Positions 24,832-40,471 of a DNA stretch of 64,000 bases are shown here, piece by piece. The translations under genes were made by a program, and so were the position numbers. How positions within the stretch are numbered: position 1 is the first letter of the stretch; each line of letters opens with the position of its first letter. Under the pieces are notes generated by a model that searched no databases, was not told the DNA's origin, and was given only the letters and a program-made list of their open reading frames with translations. Source of the stretch: Trichinella spiralis (lineage: Eukaryota); the NCBI RefSeq assembly GCF_000181795.1, contig NW_003526941.1, positions 7,629,741 to 7,693,740 of the forward strand, read 5' to 3'.

Positions 24832-27800
24832 CTGAAATGAAAACAGCTATTTAAAATAAATAGCCGCATTTATGAAAAATATTCTTCACAATGCTTTTCA
24901 TTAACATTACACTTTAAAAGGGATCTCTGCTTCATTGCATTGCAACTACTACTGCGGAGATGCCTATGACCAGTATTTGAAATTATGCATTACTTAGGCT
25001 CAATTAATTACATTTGAAACATTTTCATAATAGAATTCAAAATGCAAAGCGTGGGTAAAATAATCTACCATTCAAAAGTGAATCCAACAGTTTTCCCGAG
25101 CGGTCTTTCGAAGAAATGTACATCTCTGACATCATTAATAAAGGTCAACTTTCATTGGTTGAAACAAATTCAACCGAATGTATGATTGGTCAAAACGACA
25201 GGTCTAGTTGATGTTGAGAAATCAATTGCAAGTTACAAAGATGTAGAATAACAAAAAAAGTGCATACATTTATATAAAATTTTTTAGGCAACCTTATCAA
25301 CAAGAATAAACGTGAGAAATGTTTCTGTTATCCACACAAATGATGAAAATAATGTGTTAAAAATGTTTTGATTTGTAAATAACAGCCATTTTTTAATATA
25401 GATCTAAAAATTTGCACTTAAACTTACTAGAAAATTCTTTTCCTGGTTCTTTTTTAATTGTTTACAATTTCCATAAAATTCAAAGCTTACTAATAAAAAT
25501 TTCCATTAACTAGATGAGTAAAAGTGTAGTAGTAGCTTGATAAAATTAAAGAAATAGCATGGAAAACTGAAATGACGCTCAAATTGCCCAGAATTGTATT
25601 TCGATGGTTAAAAGAAATGGTAATCATGAAAATAAATCTAATTGAAGTATTTGTGTATTTCAATTTCTGAGAAAACAGGAAAAATTTTCATTTGTGTCTC
25701 ATAAACTTTTATAACTTGTGCATAATGTAACTTTCAACAACATGATGTGCATTTTGATGCGATGCAAACGTACGGATAAAAATAATCGTCTGTCTATAGC
25801 TTAAGCTACGAGTATTTTCAAATCAAGAAATACTAAGAAATGAACTAAATGTTATTTTAAAATATCAAAGCCTGAAATTAAATAATAAATAGATAGACTG
25901 ACTGCTCTGAAAATGAACTTGAGTTATCCTTTAAAAATATGCTAAAAATTAATTTTCACACTGTCACTCAATGTAATAAATACATACATTTCCATAAATC
26001 GAAAACATTCGAATACTTTTCATCCGGTGTATATGGCAACATTTCGACCAACTGTGACCAGCCTGCTTCTAATAGTGTAGCAGGAAGTGCTTGAAGCTCT
26101 TTTGAATTCATCGTTCTCTTGCATTAACCGATAAAATTCTAAGAATTAAATTATTCGTATGACTTTTCCTGGGTAAATTTTCCAAAAATTAGGAGATGCA
26201 CAGAACGCACGACTAGTATTTATTGAGTAATAAAGTCTTCAAATATCAACAATACCTTACACAGCTGCCACTATAAAAACAAATGTAGCTAAATCTGATT
26301 TTAGAATTTTTGCAAATAGTAAAGACAACAAGTAGGTGAATCAGACAAAAATGGGATTGATAAATTTTCGATAAAATTTATCCTAACAAATTTACACAGA
26401 CGAAACAGATGTTAACAGAGAATAAAATTTGAATGGAAAAGCACTGGATGCAACATTTTAAAAATAGTTGAAAAATTATTTATAAAATAGAAATTGATTC
26501 AAAATTGTTCAGCTTTGTATCAAATGTATAACGAATGTTGGTTAGCATGAATTGATTATGCGATTTTAATGAAAACAAATTCTAATTATGATGATGCGCA
26601 TGCTTTTAAAAATAATTCAGTTTTCTCTACTTTCTAATAAAAATAATTTTACATTGAAAACAAAGTAATAACAAATGCAGATAAACGGACATTTACCGTC
26701 GTAAAATTTCATTTAATTGTCACAAAACAAAATCAGAATCCACATGATAATGCTTATTATAAATAAGATTAATTTATTATTCATCGCAGGATAAAATCAT
26801 TTATAATACAAAACTCAACTGCCGCCAATTGTCATGCAACAAATCAAAAAGCACTCACAAATTATCCAAAATTGTCATCGAAAACTACTTATTTTGATAC
26901 TAATGAATGATAAGCACTTTTGGAACAATTTTTGATTATTACAAGACTCGATGATGCATTTGTACTTTCTAAACAACACAAATCTGTTTAAACGGGAAAC
27001 ATGAAAGACTTTCCGCCTCCAGCAAATAAAAGAAGATAATCAATTACAGTATCGTATTGTTAAACATGGATAAAGGTGAGAAGTTGTGGATCGCTTTACA
27101 AAATAGCTATTAGTAAACAGGCAATGAATTTTTGCATTGTTTTAATTGCTTTCAGAGAAAACAATTAACGTGAACAATCCCAACCAACGCCTGCTGTCTA
27201 AATTAGATGCCATCTTAATCAGATATTTATTTCATCAGCAATGCAACAAGATCATCTATTTTCTACAATTACTCTACAAAGCCTAAATAATTAACAAACT
27301 GATAATGAATGTGTGAAAAATAAATAATAAATGGGCAAAATAAACAGATGGATATACTTTTCAATAAAACAATAAATATAAACTTTTTACCTATACCATT
27401 CTCGTTCAACATACTTAAGGGTAAAGTGTGCACACAAATATGCATAAATAATTTTTACAATAAATCGTTTTCTACATTAACTTTTTTCAAATGAAATACT
27501 AATATTGAATGTTTGAATGTAATAAAAGAAAAAAAGTCTGTCCGAAGCATTACACTGGACTGAATTGTGAACTGGATTGGATTGGATTGGATTGGATAAA
27601 TGAATTTCAGATTTTTGGGGTTGTTAAGGATTTTTGCTTGACTACATGTCAATGCAGATTGTTCTAATCAGGCCGACTGACACATTTCCGGTGGCCATCA
27701 TTTACATTGTTTGTTTTTAGATAGCCGCTAAATCAGTCAGCTGCAATTCACTAAGATCCAAACTGGTCGTGTGTCCAAGATTGTTTGTCCAATACGTTTA

Positions 27801-30800
27801 CTGATCTAAGCTGACCGCAGAAGTGAAATGCAGTAGAACACCAGAAGCGCATTTTGCTAAGCCTATTTCACTGCTAACAGTGAAAAGGAGCCGACTTGGA
27901 TGAACGTCTAGGGTGTCTCCGTGGTCGTTGTGCAGTGCACCTGCCTGCGATAAGTTAAAAGGCGCACTAAGCCTTGGCACCAGGTCGGTTAAGTCGACCG
28001 AACACATCCAAGTCAGCTTGTTGAAGCGCTCAACAAATCTGAACCAAGGTCACCAGCCAAACGGCTTATTTCTAGCTGATGCGGACAAAGCAAAACCAAT
28101 ATTAATTGCTAACTCTGTTTCCTCTTTTTAATTGTTACCAGTCGGCCACCGTATGAGAATTGCTAACAAGTTTACCGTATCCAATTGATCGATCAGGATT
28201 ATTTTCCACCAGGACGGCACAGCTTCAATGTAGATGATATCTATCAACGTGACTACCTTCTCTTCTCAACGCTGAAAGGCGTTCCCGACGCAGTTAAGGA
28301 AAATCGTTGCTACGCAATTTAACTCCTCTGCTTTATAATCATGCGCTACCAATTGGTACTTTTCAGTACGCATTCAAATCCCTTACTTGAAAACCCCCAT
28401 TATATTATGCACACGTACAAACAACAATCATATTTTAAAATCACAACAACAGATCAGCACGTTTCATCTTACTGTTACTAAAGGACAGTGGCTTGCATAA
28501 TTACCTTCGAATGAATAATTCGGAGAGAAAAAATGTAAAAGTAAGGTGTCATCAATCAGATGCTTAAAAATAATTTCACTAGCAATCTTTCTATACATTT
28601 ATGAATAATTATAATAAAATGAACATATATACATATGTATGTCAATAAAAGCACGCATGTAGAAATTAATAATGAGAAATGGCTCTACATATCATTCTTC
28701 GTACATTATTTTAGTCATAACCTGCAGTTATACATTAATTTTTAATAAAAATTTCACCGAATTATTTAAATTATCAGGTATGAGGAATTTCAAATCATGC
28801 AATGTTTCACTTGAGGAGCATGGAAAAATTTCAAATCACAACTTGAAAATTCAGTTAGCAACAGTCTTGCAAAATAAATTTTTATAAAAACTATAAATTA
28901 ATTCAACAAAATGTTGATTCTTGATGCTGCTCATTAAATGCAATTTCGTTTCGCATGTGCAAAACAACAAATTCCAATTCCGTTTCAAATATTACACATA
29001 CTATTTGAATAATTTTACGATAAATGTTCAACTATATGCAAAAAAATATATGTAAATTTTCCACCCAACGCAACGGTGAATACAATGTTCAACTATTAAT
29101 GACAGAGAAAATTCATCCGATAATAATGAACACAAAAAAAACGAATCTTTCTTTCATCTTTCACTTACTTCCTCATTTTGAAAATTTTCACAAAACCTCG
29201 CTTATTTTTCAAATAATCAAAATTACATTATCCACAACTGATAAAAAGTTTTCATGTGGTGAAAAAAAAATTTCATGAAATAATTTTCTCAACGCATAAC
29301 CATCGCTATAAAAATTTGGTCTGATCAACAATCTTTGTTGACTTAAGCCAAAGCAAGAAGGAAACGGCTATCGATTTTTCATTCAAAAGAGCTTTCTCAG
29401 AAGAGCAATCTTTGCTTCTTTACCACGTTCAAGTTTTGTCATCTTTACCGAATTCTTTTGCTCAAATTTGAAAATCAAATTTATAAACTTCCACATACAT
29501 ATATATATATGATACATCCTTTCCAAATGTGAAATTGTAATTTGACAAATATACCGATGTTACAATTTCTCGCTTTCTTCCCATTCACAGAACAATACAA
29601 GACGTTCACAGTTTTGAAATAAATATTAATCACAAAACAAAAGATTAATTAAAATAACAAACAAAGTCCCAGTGTCATACATGTATATACACATATCGAT
29701 GAAACACTCCATACAGAAACATCAGGAAATAATAACACGAATAGTTTTAGAACACATATATTCAACAACAACAAATTATCAAATAATACATATTTTTTCA
29801 AATTTGAAACAATAATTAATTTTTTTAAATTTAAACTGTTTTTCATGTGAATAAAGAAAGAATTGTTCACATTGTGAAGGGATGCCTGTATAGTAAGCAT
29901 GCTGTGAGTAGAGAGAAATTCGAAACTTGAAAACTAGGAGCAGTGATGTATTGACCTGAACGTGAAACAGAATCTTTCCGACTTGGTAAAGAACCGATAG
30001 CTGTGTTTTGAAAGTTTCGAATTCTTCTTGACAACTCAGCCAAACTTCTGATATGCTATCGTTATTACTCAAACCAACCAACACTGTCAATCTGGAGAAA
30101 AGATTTAAAAAATCCACTCCTTTATTTTTATTCTCTTCTTCATAAGTTAGATATTTGAAAAATCTTTTTCTTTCACTCTCGAATTCAATTGAACATTGGA
30201 TTAAGCAAAAATTTCCATAAAATGTTAAACAAAATTTACATTAACACTGAGTTAGTCAATTGATGAAACCCAGTTTCAGTGGAATACATTACAGTTTGGA
30301 CAATGAGTACAACAGTGGAGTATACATAGAATTAAGTTGTAATTTTCAATTTCATTCATACGAATAAAAATACTACTTATTTACTGTAAGATTTTCATCA
30401 TTATTATGAATATTAATTATTGGAATGGAAAATTTATTCACTCGCAGAATGTTGGTATGCAAGTTAGAAAGAAAAATTTTTTTACCGATAATTTTTTACT
30501 GAAAATGTTCAGCAGTGAAATCTGCAATAGATCTGCTCATCAGTTGAGAACCGATTTGTCAAGCCAGGGAACTGGACCTTAGCAATTCACAATTAGCGCT
30601 GAACCTTGTGCTTACTAAATTATCACTGCTGTCGTGCAATTCTTGAATAATTACCAAAGCGTCGAAATTGGCTAAATTAAGCTTGTTATTTCTGTTGTCC
30701 AAGCTACTGACGCCTGTTAGCAAGATTAAGTGAAAATTACTAGCTTTATTTACCCAAAGCGTGGTGACCTTATCCGCCAGAATTCATCGTTCATTTCATT

Positions 30801-33598
30801 CTATCTATATTTTGATGATAGTAATGCAAATCTGTTTGCTTCATCATTCTGCCTCTGGTCTATTTCCCTCCATTCTCCCTCTCGCCTTTGTCTGTCTCCC
30901 ACTGTCCCCTGACTCTCCTTTTGTTTCCCTTAGTGCTAGTCTACAAATCTGAACTTCTCCATACCGTGCAACAATTTCCACTTCGGATACTGCTTTCTGA
31001 ACGTCACAGAATCAGAGTTTATTCAGCCGGCCATCGACTGATGCTTCATCTAAGCAAGTCGTTTGCATCTTCTGCCTACGCTGATTTGTCTTATTTACCG
31101 ACCAGTCGATCTATTACAGTTTGGTGCTGATCGCTTTTCACACTTCGATGATAAAAGACACAAGACTTGCTGACGGACGAGCTGGTCGAACATTTCGCCA
31201 ATCGTTACATGCAGATGCAATTTATTCATTTCCATCATGTTCAGAAAATGCTGATCCATAATTAGCTAGTCATTCCATAATTCTCACCATCATCATTATC
31301 ATTGTCATTGTTGCATAAAAGTGATGCATATGAGAAAATAAAAACAAAAAAAATAATACAACATAATAGAGGTGGAGGCTGTTTTGAAAGATGTAAATAG
31401 ATGAGCGAAAAGCTGATTTTCGGTAGAGATCAAAAACTGTGCACAAACAGTTAAATTGGTTTGCACAATCAAGCTCATGAATACGCTATTAAACAACGCT
31501 ATTAAATAAGCCAGCTTCTAGGTACCTTCATCATGTCGAAATTTCGAAATTATCTCATTGGCAAACAGTAATTTAGCAGAAAACTAAACGCAATCAAAAT
31601 CTGAGATGTTTGTTCGGATAAATCATCTGAGTTGCTTCAAAGAATTTCCAATATTTGACAGTGTCCTCGATTGACTGACGGCTTCAAAGCACGATGCCGC
31701 CGTTACACCAGCATGTGTTTACAACAGTGGATGAGAACAATCTCGTCAACGTTTAACAAGCATCTCTGGTAGAATCGTATGAGCATAATTTGATAAATAT
31801 TTATATGACGGAATTTCCTCACGCTACAACAAATTTCAACCCGCATAATCTATCGGTATACTTTGTCAATAAATAGCAGAAAAGCTATACGGCTGATGAT
31901 GATACATTGTAGCAAACGAGCATCGAAAGTAAAATTATATGAATTGAATGGAAAATGGAACTTTAGTGCAAATTTTCGATATACTTCAAATTGAAATACA
32001 AAATTCATTTTCGAAAACATTACAAGTGAACAATCAACAAAATCCCAACCAAATGCTAATAAACACTGCATGTGCCGCACCTGCCATTTTAAAGTAAAAT
32101 CAAATCGAAGAACATAATTCTGATTAATATTTAACACAGCAGAAATTATCATTATAAAATAAAATAAGACAAAATAAAACACTCGTCCATCAATCAACTG
32201 CTATACATACAACTACGCTGTGCATTCAATAATATTTCACAGATTCGTTTATCAAAAGACGAGCTTTATAAAAAATTTTCACTAACAAAAGACAATCTTC
32301 ATGAACTTATTCTAAAAGATAAATCACTTTTTGTCCAAATTAATAAGAATTCTAAATTATTATCATCATTATTACTGCAGGTTCACGTATCGGTGTGATG
32401 ATGAGGAGTTAGTGACATTTCTAAAGCTAAACGTTCTTTAAAATCTACTTTCAACTTTCAACTACGTAAACCTTCTTAAAAATTCAACGATATTATCAAT
32501 TAGTAACCAAACTGTCCGTCCAATTCAATTGAAGTGAATGTTTTTTTCAAATTATTTCTTTGAAAACCTAAGCAGAGTTCTGATTTGTATCAATTGCCAT
32601 TCAACAAAAACTAAGAACACATTAATCAATTGTTGAAAAGTTTTGAAAATACTTCTACCACAGATGAAAAATAAAAAAAGTATTAAAACAAACAATAATT
32701 CAATAATGTATAATGTAAAGTTTAAAGAAACAAGCAGTGTTCAAACACAAGTAAAGTGCAAACGTGCATGTTCCAGTGCTCATTATATTGCTGCATGCAC
32801 TTTCCCAAATTGTTACCTGAACATCTTTTTCCAACAACAGTGTACAAATTTCTCAGTTTCCTTTATTCTAATCCTCACATGTTCACTTGCACTGACTGTT
32901 TGATGACAATTATATTTTAAAAAAATTTAAAACCCATCCGAACACTAAATAAAGCGTTAATTATTAAACATTCAAATATATGTTTTAGAAAAAAAACTCA
33001 GTACATTACAAATACCGCGCTTGTGCGCTTCGTAACTTCAAAATCAGTTGATTTTTGTAAATTAACCTTCAACTTTCCTCTTCGCAAACGACAAAGCTTC
33101 ACAACATCCCATTTACGAGTGCTCACGACGAAAGTTACAACAAACAAAAAATACGGTCGCTTCACTTCCACGCAGATGTAAAATTATTCTTTTGTCAAAC
33201 TAGAAAATAATAAAAATTAAAACTTGCTAGAAAAAGTTTTATTCCAAAAACTTTTCACGAAGCATAGCTGCATTATTGGATGTGATTGCGCATTTGAAGC
33301 GTCAAAAGCTACACTGCATACTACAATGACAAATCGTGTACATCAACCATTTTTGTATACGTACATAGAATGTGCTCTATAATAGGGGAAGTTTGTTTCT
33401 AAAGCGGCTGCAGTTGAACGTATAACTTGCGGGAAAACAAATCTACCAAACAACAATAAATAATAATATTATTCTAATATTCTAAAAATGTATCAACAGA
33501 CATTTTTTCCAACTATAAAGTAAATAAAATAATCTCAAATATTACATTAGACAATGTGAATGAAAAATAAGCACATCCACCCCCACTCCCATCATCGT

Positions 33599-36500
33599 TC
33601 AAGACTTTTTTGTTTTCCTTGGCTTATTAGTACTGCTTTTCGCCGGCTTCGCATCTTCATCATCATTTATTTTATTCTTGCCTCTACCTTGATGATCCTT
33701 TTTTTGTTTCGTCTAAACAGTTGCAAAAAACAATATCGTCAATGATAATTTCCAAGAAAAAAGCCACTGTCACAGTCATACCACGCGAAACATTTCCACA
33801 GAAGCATCCTCCTCATCTTCAGAGTCTGAGGGTGGATTTTTCATACGATTTTTCTCTCCATTGTCGAACGGATCTTCGGCTTCTTCTTGAATTCCATCGA
33901 ATGCCGCTGACAACATTTTCTTTCTCCTTCCAACCACTGCAGCATCGTTGGAATAGGGCAACAAGTGGTTCGACGAATTGAAAGCACGAGTAAATGCCGC
34001 TTTGGACTACAACAAAACCGCACCGTCGTTGTGCAGTGCTCGATATTATTAATTGTAATTTCCCGCTTTTGTGGACACAAACCTTGCTGGCGACGCTGGA
34101 CATGGGATCCGGTCGATTTGGCCAGATTCCCAATTCCATCATCGCTTCGACATCTTCACGAGTCAAATCGTAAGCTTGGCACTGCTCCACTGCCCCTTTG
34201 GCGTCGTTGTCGACGAGCAATTTCACCACTGCCGATCGCAGTCTGGGCAAATAGTCGACGTTCAAATCATCCGATGTTGCCGAAATACTGCAACAACAAC
34301 ACAAAAATCGACAAATATATCCGCCATACGATCATCCAATCCTGCTTACTGGAGAGTCATGTGCGTACTTAGTTGTTGCAAGATGCGTTTCAACTTGGAA
34401 TATTTGGAATTTTTTCCAAACCAAGCTGGAAAAGCAATCTGCCCTTGCATAAAACCTTTCAACAGTTCGCACGGAAGTGCCGTAGAAAACATACCCTATC
34501 GTGGGAAATAATTAAAGCAGGCATCGATATTAAATCATTATAAGAACAAAAAGTAAGCACAGTATCCAACCTGCACAGTAAGCAATGACCAATTGGAAAG
34601 TGTACGAATTTGTCTGTCGACAATGTCGCCCAAAGCGATCAGCTCAGCCGCATCGCTGAACAATTCCATCTTCTGAAGCTGATCTCTGAAATCAATGCAA
34701 ACAAACATTTTTCAAACATGCTGTTCACATTTGAAAAAATAACAACATATTATTATCTATCATCTCATTTTCAGTATGGCCTTCTCAATCATGGCAACAA
34801 CAACAGCTTTAAGCAAAATGTTGCTCAAATGACACGAAAATTATCCGTTTACATCATCAAAGTGGGAGGGGGGGGGAAAGAGAAATATGAAAAAAATTAT
34901 ACACTTACACCGCATCTTTGGGCACGCAGTTCAAGTAATTTTCTTGCACAAACAATGGGACGGCAGAATAATCTGAAAAAAACAGTTCCATACGATCGTC
35001 GAAACTGCTTTTCTGACTGCCGTCGGAATACTTGAAAAGCAGACGAGTGGATTCGAAAATATTCTACAACACAAATAAATATAATATAAGACGATAAGCA
35101 AAACAAAACAACAGACATGTAAATCGACTTACTTGTGTTGTATCTTTTTTGGCTTGCAAAGCCGCTTGACGAGCTTGGTCGAAATCGATGCCACGATTCT
35201 GAGCGGCAAGCAAGCTCAAATGGTGCAACACTTGCCGGATGTCGTGATTGGCCCCTTCGATCAGTTGATCCAAAGCTTGGGGTGGAATTTTCAATCCCTC
35301 CTTGTAAGCTACAGTCATCAGGGCGCTCTGAAAAATAGCAGAGAAAGCAAGAAAACGTGTGTGTGGGTGTGGCCCATTAAATGACAATTTTCAAAATCTT
35401 ATACTCGTATTTGCAACGTCTGCGGTCTGTGGAAACGTAAATCGAAACAATAATTGGCCAAAGTGCGCAACTTTTGACTCTGACGATCGTTGCATATGCA
35501 AATGATCGGCACCCGGGTGCGTTTGATCAAGTCGATCAACTCTTGGACGCCGGCACGATCTTCATTGCCGCTCATCCCGTCCACCTCGTCCATGATGAGC
35601 ACATGATCGAAGAACGTGCTCGACGACCGTCGTTCGGTTCCATCGTTGCTGTTGACGCGAAAATACTGATCAACTGAACGTGACTTGATCGATTCAGAAA
35701 AATGCTCTTCTATCAATTTCTTATTTCTTGAATCGGAAGCGTTCAACTCCAAGTACGGTATACCCAACTCCTGAACAAAAAATACAAATCAAACAAACGA
35801 GAAAAAAATTGTTTTTAAACTAATTGCTAAAAATAAATATACATTTTTTCTTATACAATACAATACAACACGCGCCTGCTCTTGCTGTATGTGGCCATTT
35901 TTCGCAAAAATTGGCATTATTATTAAATCACCCGTTGGAGTTGTTGTGAATGCGCGCATTTATTTATACTCAAAAAGCATGTTGTTGTTGTTATTGTTAT
36001 TTACATATTGCATCATTTCATTGCGCAAATAAAAAACAAAACATGCAACAAGTACCTGACAGCAGAGTTGAGCAGTGGTGGTTTTACCAATGCCAGGGGG
36101 ACCAGAGAGCAAAGCAGCCTTGAACTGGGCACCGTCGTCGGTAGCATGAGAAGAACGCTTGTCCACTGCTGAAACAAAATGCACAAATGTGAATCTCTAT
36201 CCCTCTCCCTCTCCCCCTCTCTTCTGCATGTGCAAGCGAGCATATGCGTTACATTTTTTCCTCTGTCCATCACCGTGGTAGTGGTTCCAATGGCGAAGCC
36301 AGTTCAGAAGCTTGTTGAGACAACTTTTCGGACCATGCTGACCAATGACTTGCTTTATTGATTTCGGCTTGTACTTGTCCACCCACATGACAGCTTGACC
36401 ACCGTCGGCGGTTGAATCCAATTTCACATCCGACGAAATTTCATCAATCATCACTTTTGCTTTTTTCTTCGGTGTTCCAGAAATTTTGCTCTTCAACATG

Positions 36501-39021
36501 AATGAAAAATAGAACTTTTAAAATAAACAAACAAACAAACAAGTAAACCTCGGGTGAAACTGTAGTCGTCAAGCCGTTGTCAGTGGATTTAGACGGCAGC
36601 TTGCTGAGCAAATCAAAAAAGCCATCTTCATCCAAAATTGTAACGCGAAGTTCTTTGGCCTAAACATTCGACTCTTCTCTCAAAAATTAATTAATATTAA
36701 TTAATTAAAAATAATAAACCTTTTTTGTTTTCGTCTCACCGCAGTCCCTTCCGGCCACCAAATAATCGGTCTTCTTACTTACGGCGCCTGTAACTCGGCC
36801 ACCGTATTTCTGAATCAACAATTTCACATCCTCTCGATCGACCGTTTCCAAAATTCCACTAAGTACAAATGTCAATCCTTGGAAACAATTTTCGGCACCC
36901 TAAATAATAGCAGTAATTTATAATGATCCGTGCATATCTGATCACTTGATTAAATTCACCTTCGGAATTTCTCGAGTTCCCAAAGCTCGAGGACCCTCAC
37001 GTTGCAAAAATCGCTGATATCCGAAAGATGGTCTTCCAGACAATTTCTCATTTTCATCTTTTCCCTTTCTTTTTTCAGCTTAGAAAATATCTTTTATTAT
37101 ATTTTTATGAAACAATACAAAATTACATATATATACCAGATGAAGAGGGAGTGGCTGGTTTCGATGTTTGTTTCACTTTTTTGGGCGTTTCAACTGAAGA
37201 ATCATTTTTGACTGGCGTTTTTGGTGAACAACTTTTTTTATTCATAGTACTTTTTCCATCTTTTCCTCCACCCTTTTTCTCGACAGATTCAGCTAATTGA
37301 ACTGGCTTCTTTTTTGTCGCCGCTTTCTTCCCATCATCTGCAAATACATATTTTAATGGAAATTATGTATTTCAAAAAAAAAATTTTTTTTTTACATACA
37401 ATTTACAGTCTACAACCTGATTGCCAGATTTATGCAAAACAACATACCACGACAACTACAAATAACAACTTACTCGAATCAATTGTCTTTTTATTATCTG
37501 GTGGAATTTTTTTCTTTTCCTCTAAAATTGATTGGATGAAGTTAAATTTTACGAACAACAATTTCTGAATGCAAATTTCTACTCGACTGAGACTCGACGG
37601 CGGAACGTTTGCTTTTGGATGCTTTAGGTGAAGAGAGCGCCGCAGTTTCGACGACGTTCATTGGCTGTGCACCGGTCAAAATTTCGTCAATTACATCGGG
37701 CGTGGTCGCCTTTTTCCTGCCCCTCTTTTTCGGTCCACTTGCACCCGGACTATCCTAGACGAAAAATTGCACAACTGATTCAATAAAATCAAATAACAAT
37801 AATAATAATAAATTAATGCACAAATAAAAATAAATATATACAAAATCTGCCATCGCTTCGTCCAACACTTTCGAAAACGCTTTACCGTGCCTTTTCGACG
37901 ACTGGGAAAAATAATCCGATACTGCAATCGGCTTCAGCGATTCATTTTTCTCTTCACTTTCCAAACGCTTGCTTTTCTTCTTTTTCGACGGCTCAGCTTG
38001 CACTGCAAAAGCAAAAATACAAATAAATAAATAAATAAATATTCAAACAAAAAAAGCTACCGACCCTTTTTTGGTGAATCTTCAAACTGCGATTCGTCGG
38101 ATTCAATAATCACGCGCTTCTTGGAGCCTCGAATTTTCCTGCCGCTCTGCTCTTGCACTTCAACTGCGGTCACTTTCGTCGCCTTTTCATCTAATTTGTA
38201 ATTTAAATTGAAACAATCAATATTATATAGATGTAATATTTTTACTGTTTATATTTCTCTTCCGACTGCTTATCTTGGACGGTAACGGCTCCTCTGAATC
38301 TGTACTGTCTGTCAAAGTAAAAATTTCAGAAAATTAGAGGGTCCAATACAAGACCAAACGCTATTTCATACCAGATAACAAGCCTGCTTTGGCTAATTTT
38401 TCCTTGGTCGTTTTCACTTTTTTCTAAAATACAATTTAAAAATTCTATTTCAATTTACACTTGAAAACACTGAATTCATTACACTTGTAGGTGTTTCTTT
38501 TTTCGTTGGCTTTGTGCCAAAATAGCTTCGAATATCCTGAAAAACATGCAATTACAGTACTTTTCTAGAAATACAAACAAACTGATTTGCAAAAGTAATT
38601 ATTAACTTTCATAACAACTGCTAATAAATGCTAAAATATTTTTCACCTTTGAACAACAACTATTATTGTGAAAACAAAACATTATGCAGAAACAAACAAT
38701 ACCAATTCTGGAAACGAGAAGGCTTGCTCACCTAACATTGTAGATGAGAGATAATAAGACGCACAAAGTGCAACAATAAACTTGATAGATACATCGATTA
38801 GTTTGCACGATACAAGCATGATAATAAAATGCATTGCATAAAACAAATAACCAATTGCATTGCATTTCAACAAACGTTATTTGAAAATACAAACTAATTT
38901 AAATTGTGAAAGTTACGCAACTTATTTAACGATGAATGCATTCATGTTTTGCAACAATATTTTGAACATGCACATTTGATAATACAGCAAACAAATAATG
39001 CATCACCCGAATTCTTACCAT
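33599..39021 (-). CDS. RFC1: Replication factor C subunit 1 (multi-exon)
   Basis: ATG|gtaag at 39021-39019 spliced to DIRSYFG; BRCT (GAENCFQGLTFVLSGILETVDR, ~36730-36900); WVDKYKP; Walker A GPPGIGKTT; ELNASD; Walker B MDEVDGM; ICICND; C-terminal RFC1 domain; TGA at 33601-33599. Confidence 0.96.
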
Positions 39022-40471
39022 TATTTATGCAGTGTTTCGGTAAAATTACAATACATTTCATTCATAAAATAAAACTATACGACTGAAAGGAAACTTTTCT
39101 TTCAAAATGTTATGACAAAAATCCATTTAATACTGTAGAAATTCTGTGACTTTCAAGAGAAAACAGTACCGTACATGAAAATAAAAAGTAAATGGAATGA
39201 CAATTCAAACATTATTCGAACATATTTGGATGCAAAATTTTTCAACGTAATTACTTTTCATTTGATAAAAATAATTTTATTTCCAACATAACAATGCTGC
39301 CTTAAAAATCAACAAAAACTACCCATATACCTGCATTATTGGACAGTAATAAAATTTTTATAAAACAAGAAAACAATCGATGCAACTGGTTTTTCTAACA
39401 TTGCACAACTTATGATGTTTAAAATGTGAAAATTAGTTCAACAATTCAACTGTAAAAATGCAGGTACAAATTTTGTAACCAATATTTGGCGTATTTTGTT
39501 TCAGAATGTTTTTCTTTTCATTGCAGATATTGAAAAACAAAAAAAATAAGTAAAAAAATATTTATTTCAAAATCGTGATACCTGTTGTTTTCGAAACACC
39601 GACAAATCAAGATGCAGTTTTTTTTCCAACAGGCAATTTTGGCTATTTTTTTGACGGCCTCGAATTAGCTGCTTGCTTTTCATCAAACTGTTGTGTTCGG
39701 TTCGCGGTCATGTTCATTCTTTCAAATTGCATCAGCTTTGTTCTGCTTAGCTCTTCAAAAAGATACTTCCAAGTCGTGGTCTGTTGCTGAATGTTGAATT
39801 CGCTGTGCGACAATTTGCCTTTTCCACTCAATTCATGTGTTCCATTTTACATTGGGACAAGCCAGACCAATTCCACCAATCTTTTATCACCATTTTCCAG
39901 AAATGGGAAAACATTTGCATTGAAATGGTTTTTCTCCCAACTGCCTCCACTTCCAACAAGCTATTCTAATCCTATGCCCACGCCACGTTTATCGCGCGTT
40001 ATAGTACAAAGAAAAAGTGCACATTTTGGAAGCAGTGTAAAACAAATTTGACACTTTGCACGTGGCATGTTCTTTGTCAGCTTAAGCGAATAATGTTCAC
40101 GGCTTCATTCGTGTAAATGTGTGGATAAATGTATAAAAGAAGAAACAATAACCGACGACATCAGACGGATCTTCATCCGTGGCCAAAAAACATTTTACAT
40201 ACATACAGTGGATAAGTTTTTGTCGTAAAATGTCAGAAAACACTACATTTTTCATTGAACAAATTTCTGAAACATGATTTCAAAAATTTTTTTAAATACA
40301 GTATAATTTTTACAATTTTCACAGTACCCCTTTTATGATACGTAGGTATAAATGGATTTTAAAGAAAAACAATTTTCAATGAATAAACGATAGAAATGAC
40401 ACGTCAGATTATTCACGTTTGTGTTTTTTATTCTGTATTTCTGTACATCGAACTCGACAGACTGGATCTTG

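Noticed and set aside
26859..26878. Candidate first exon of ttx-3 (ATG...|gtgagt)
   Set aside because: Ends in phase 2 whereas the LIM1 exon needs phase 1.
29779..31250. Possible minus-strand gene fragments upstream of ttx-3
   Set aside because: No coherent exon chain or recognisable domain; stops interrupt the frames.
39575..40051. Short ORFs between RFC1 and the channel gene
   Set aside because: No homology, non-ATG starts; more likely 3' UTR or intergenic.
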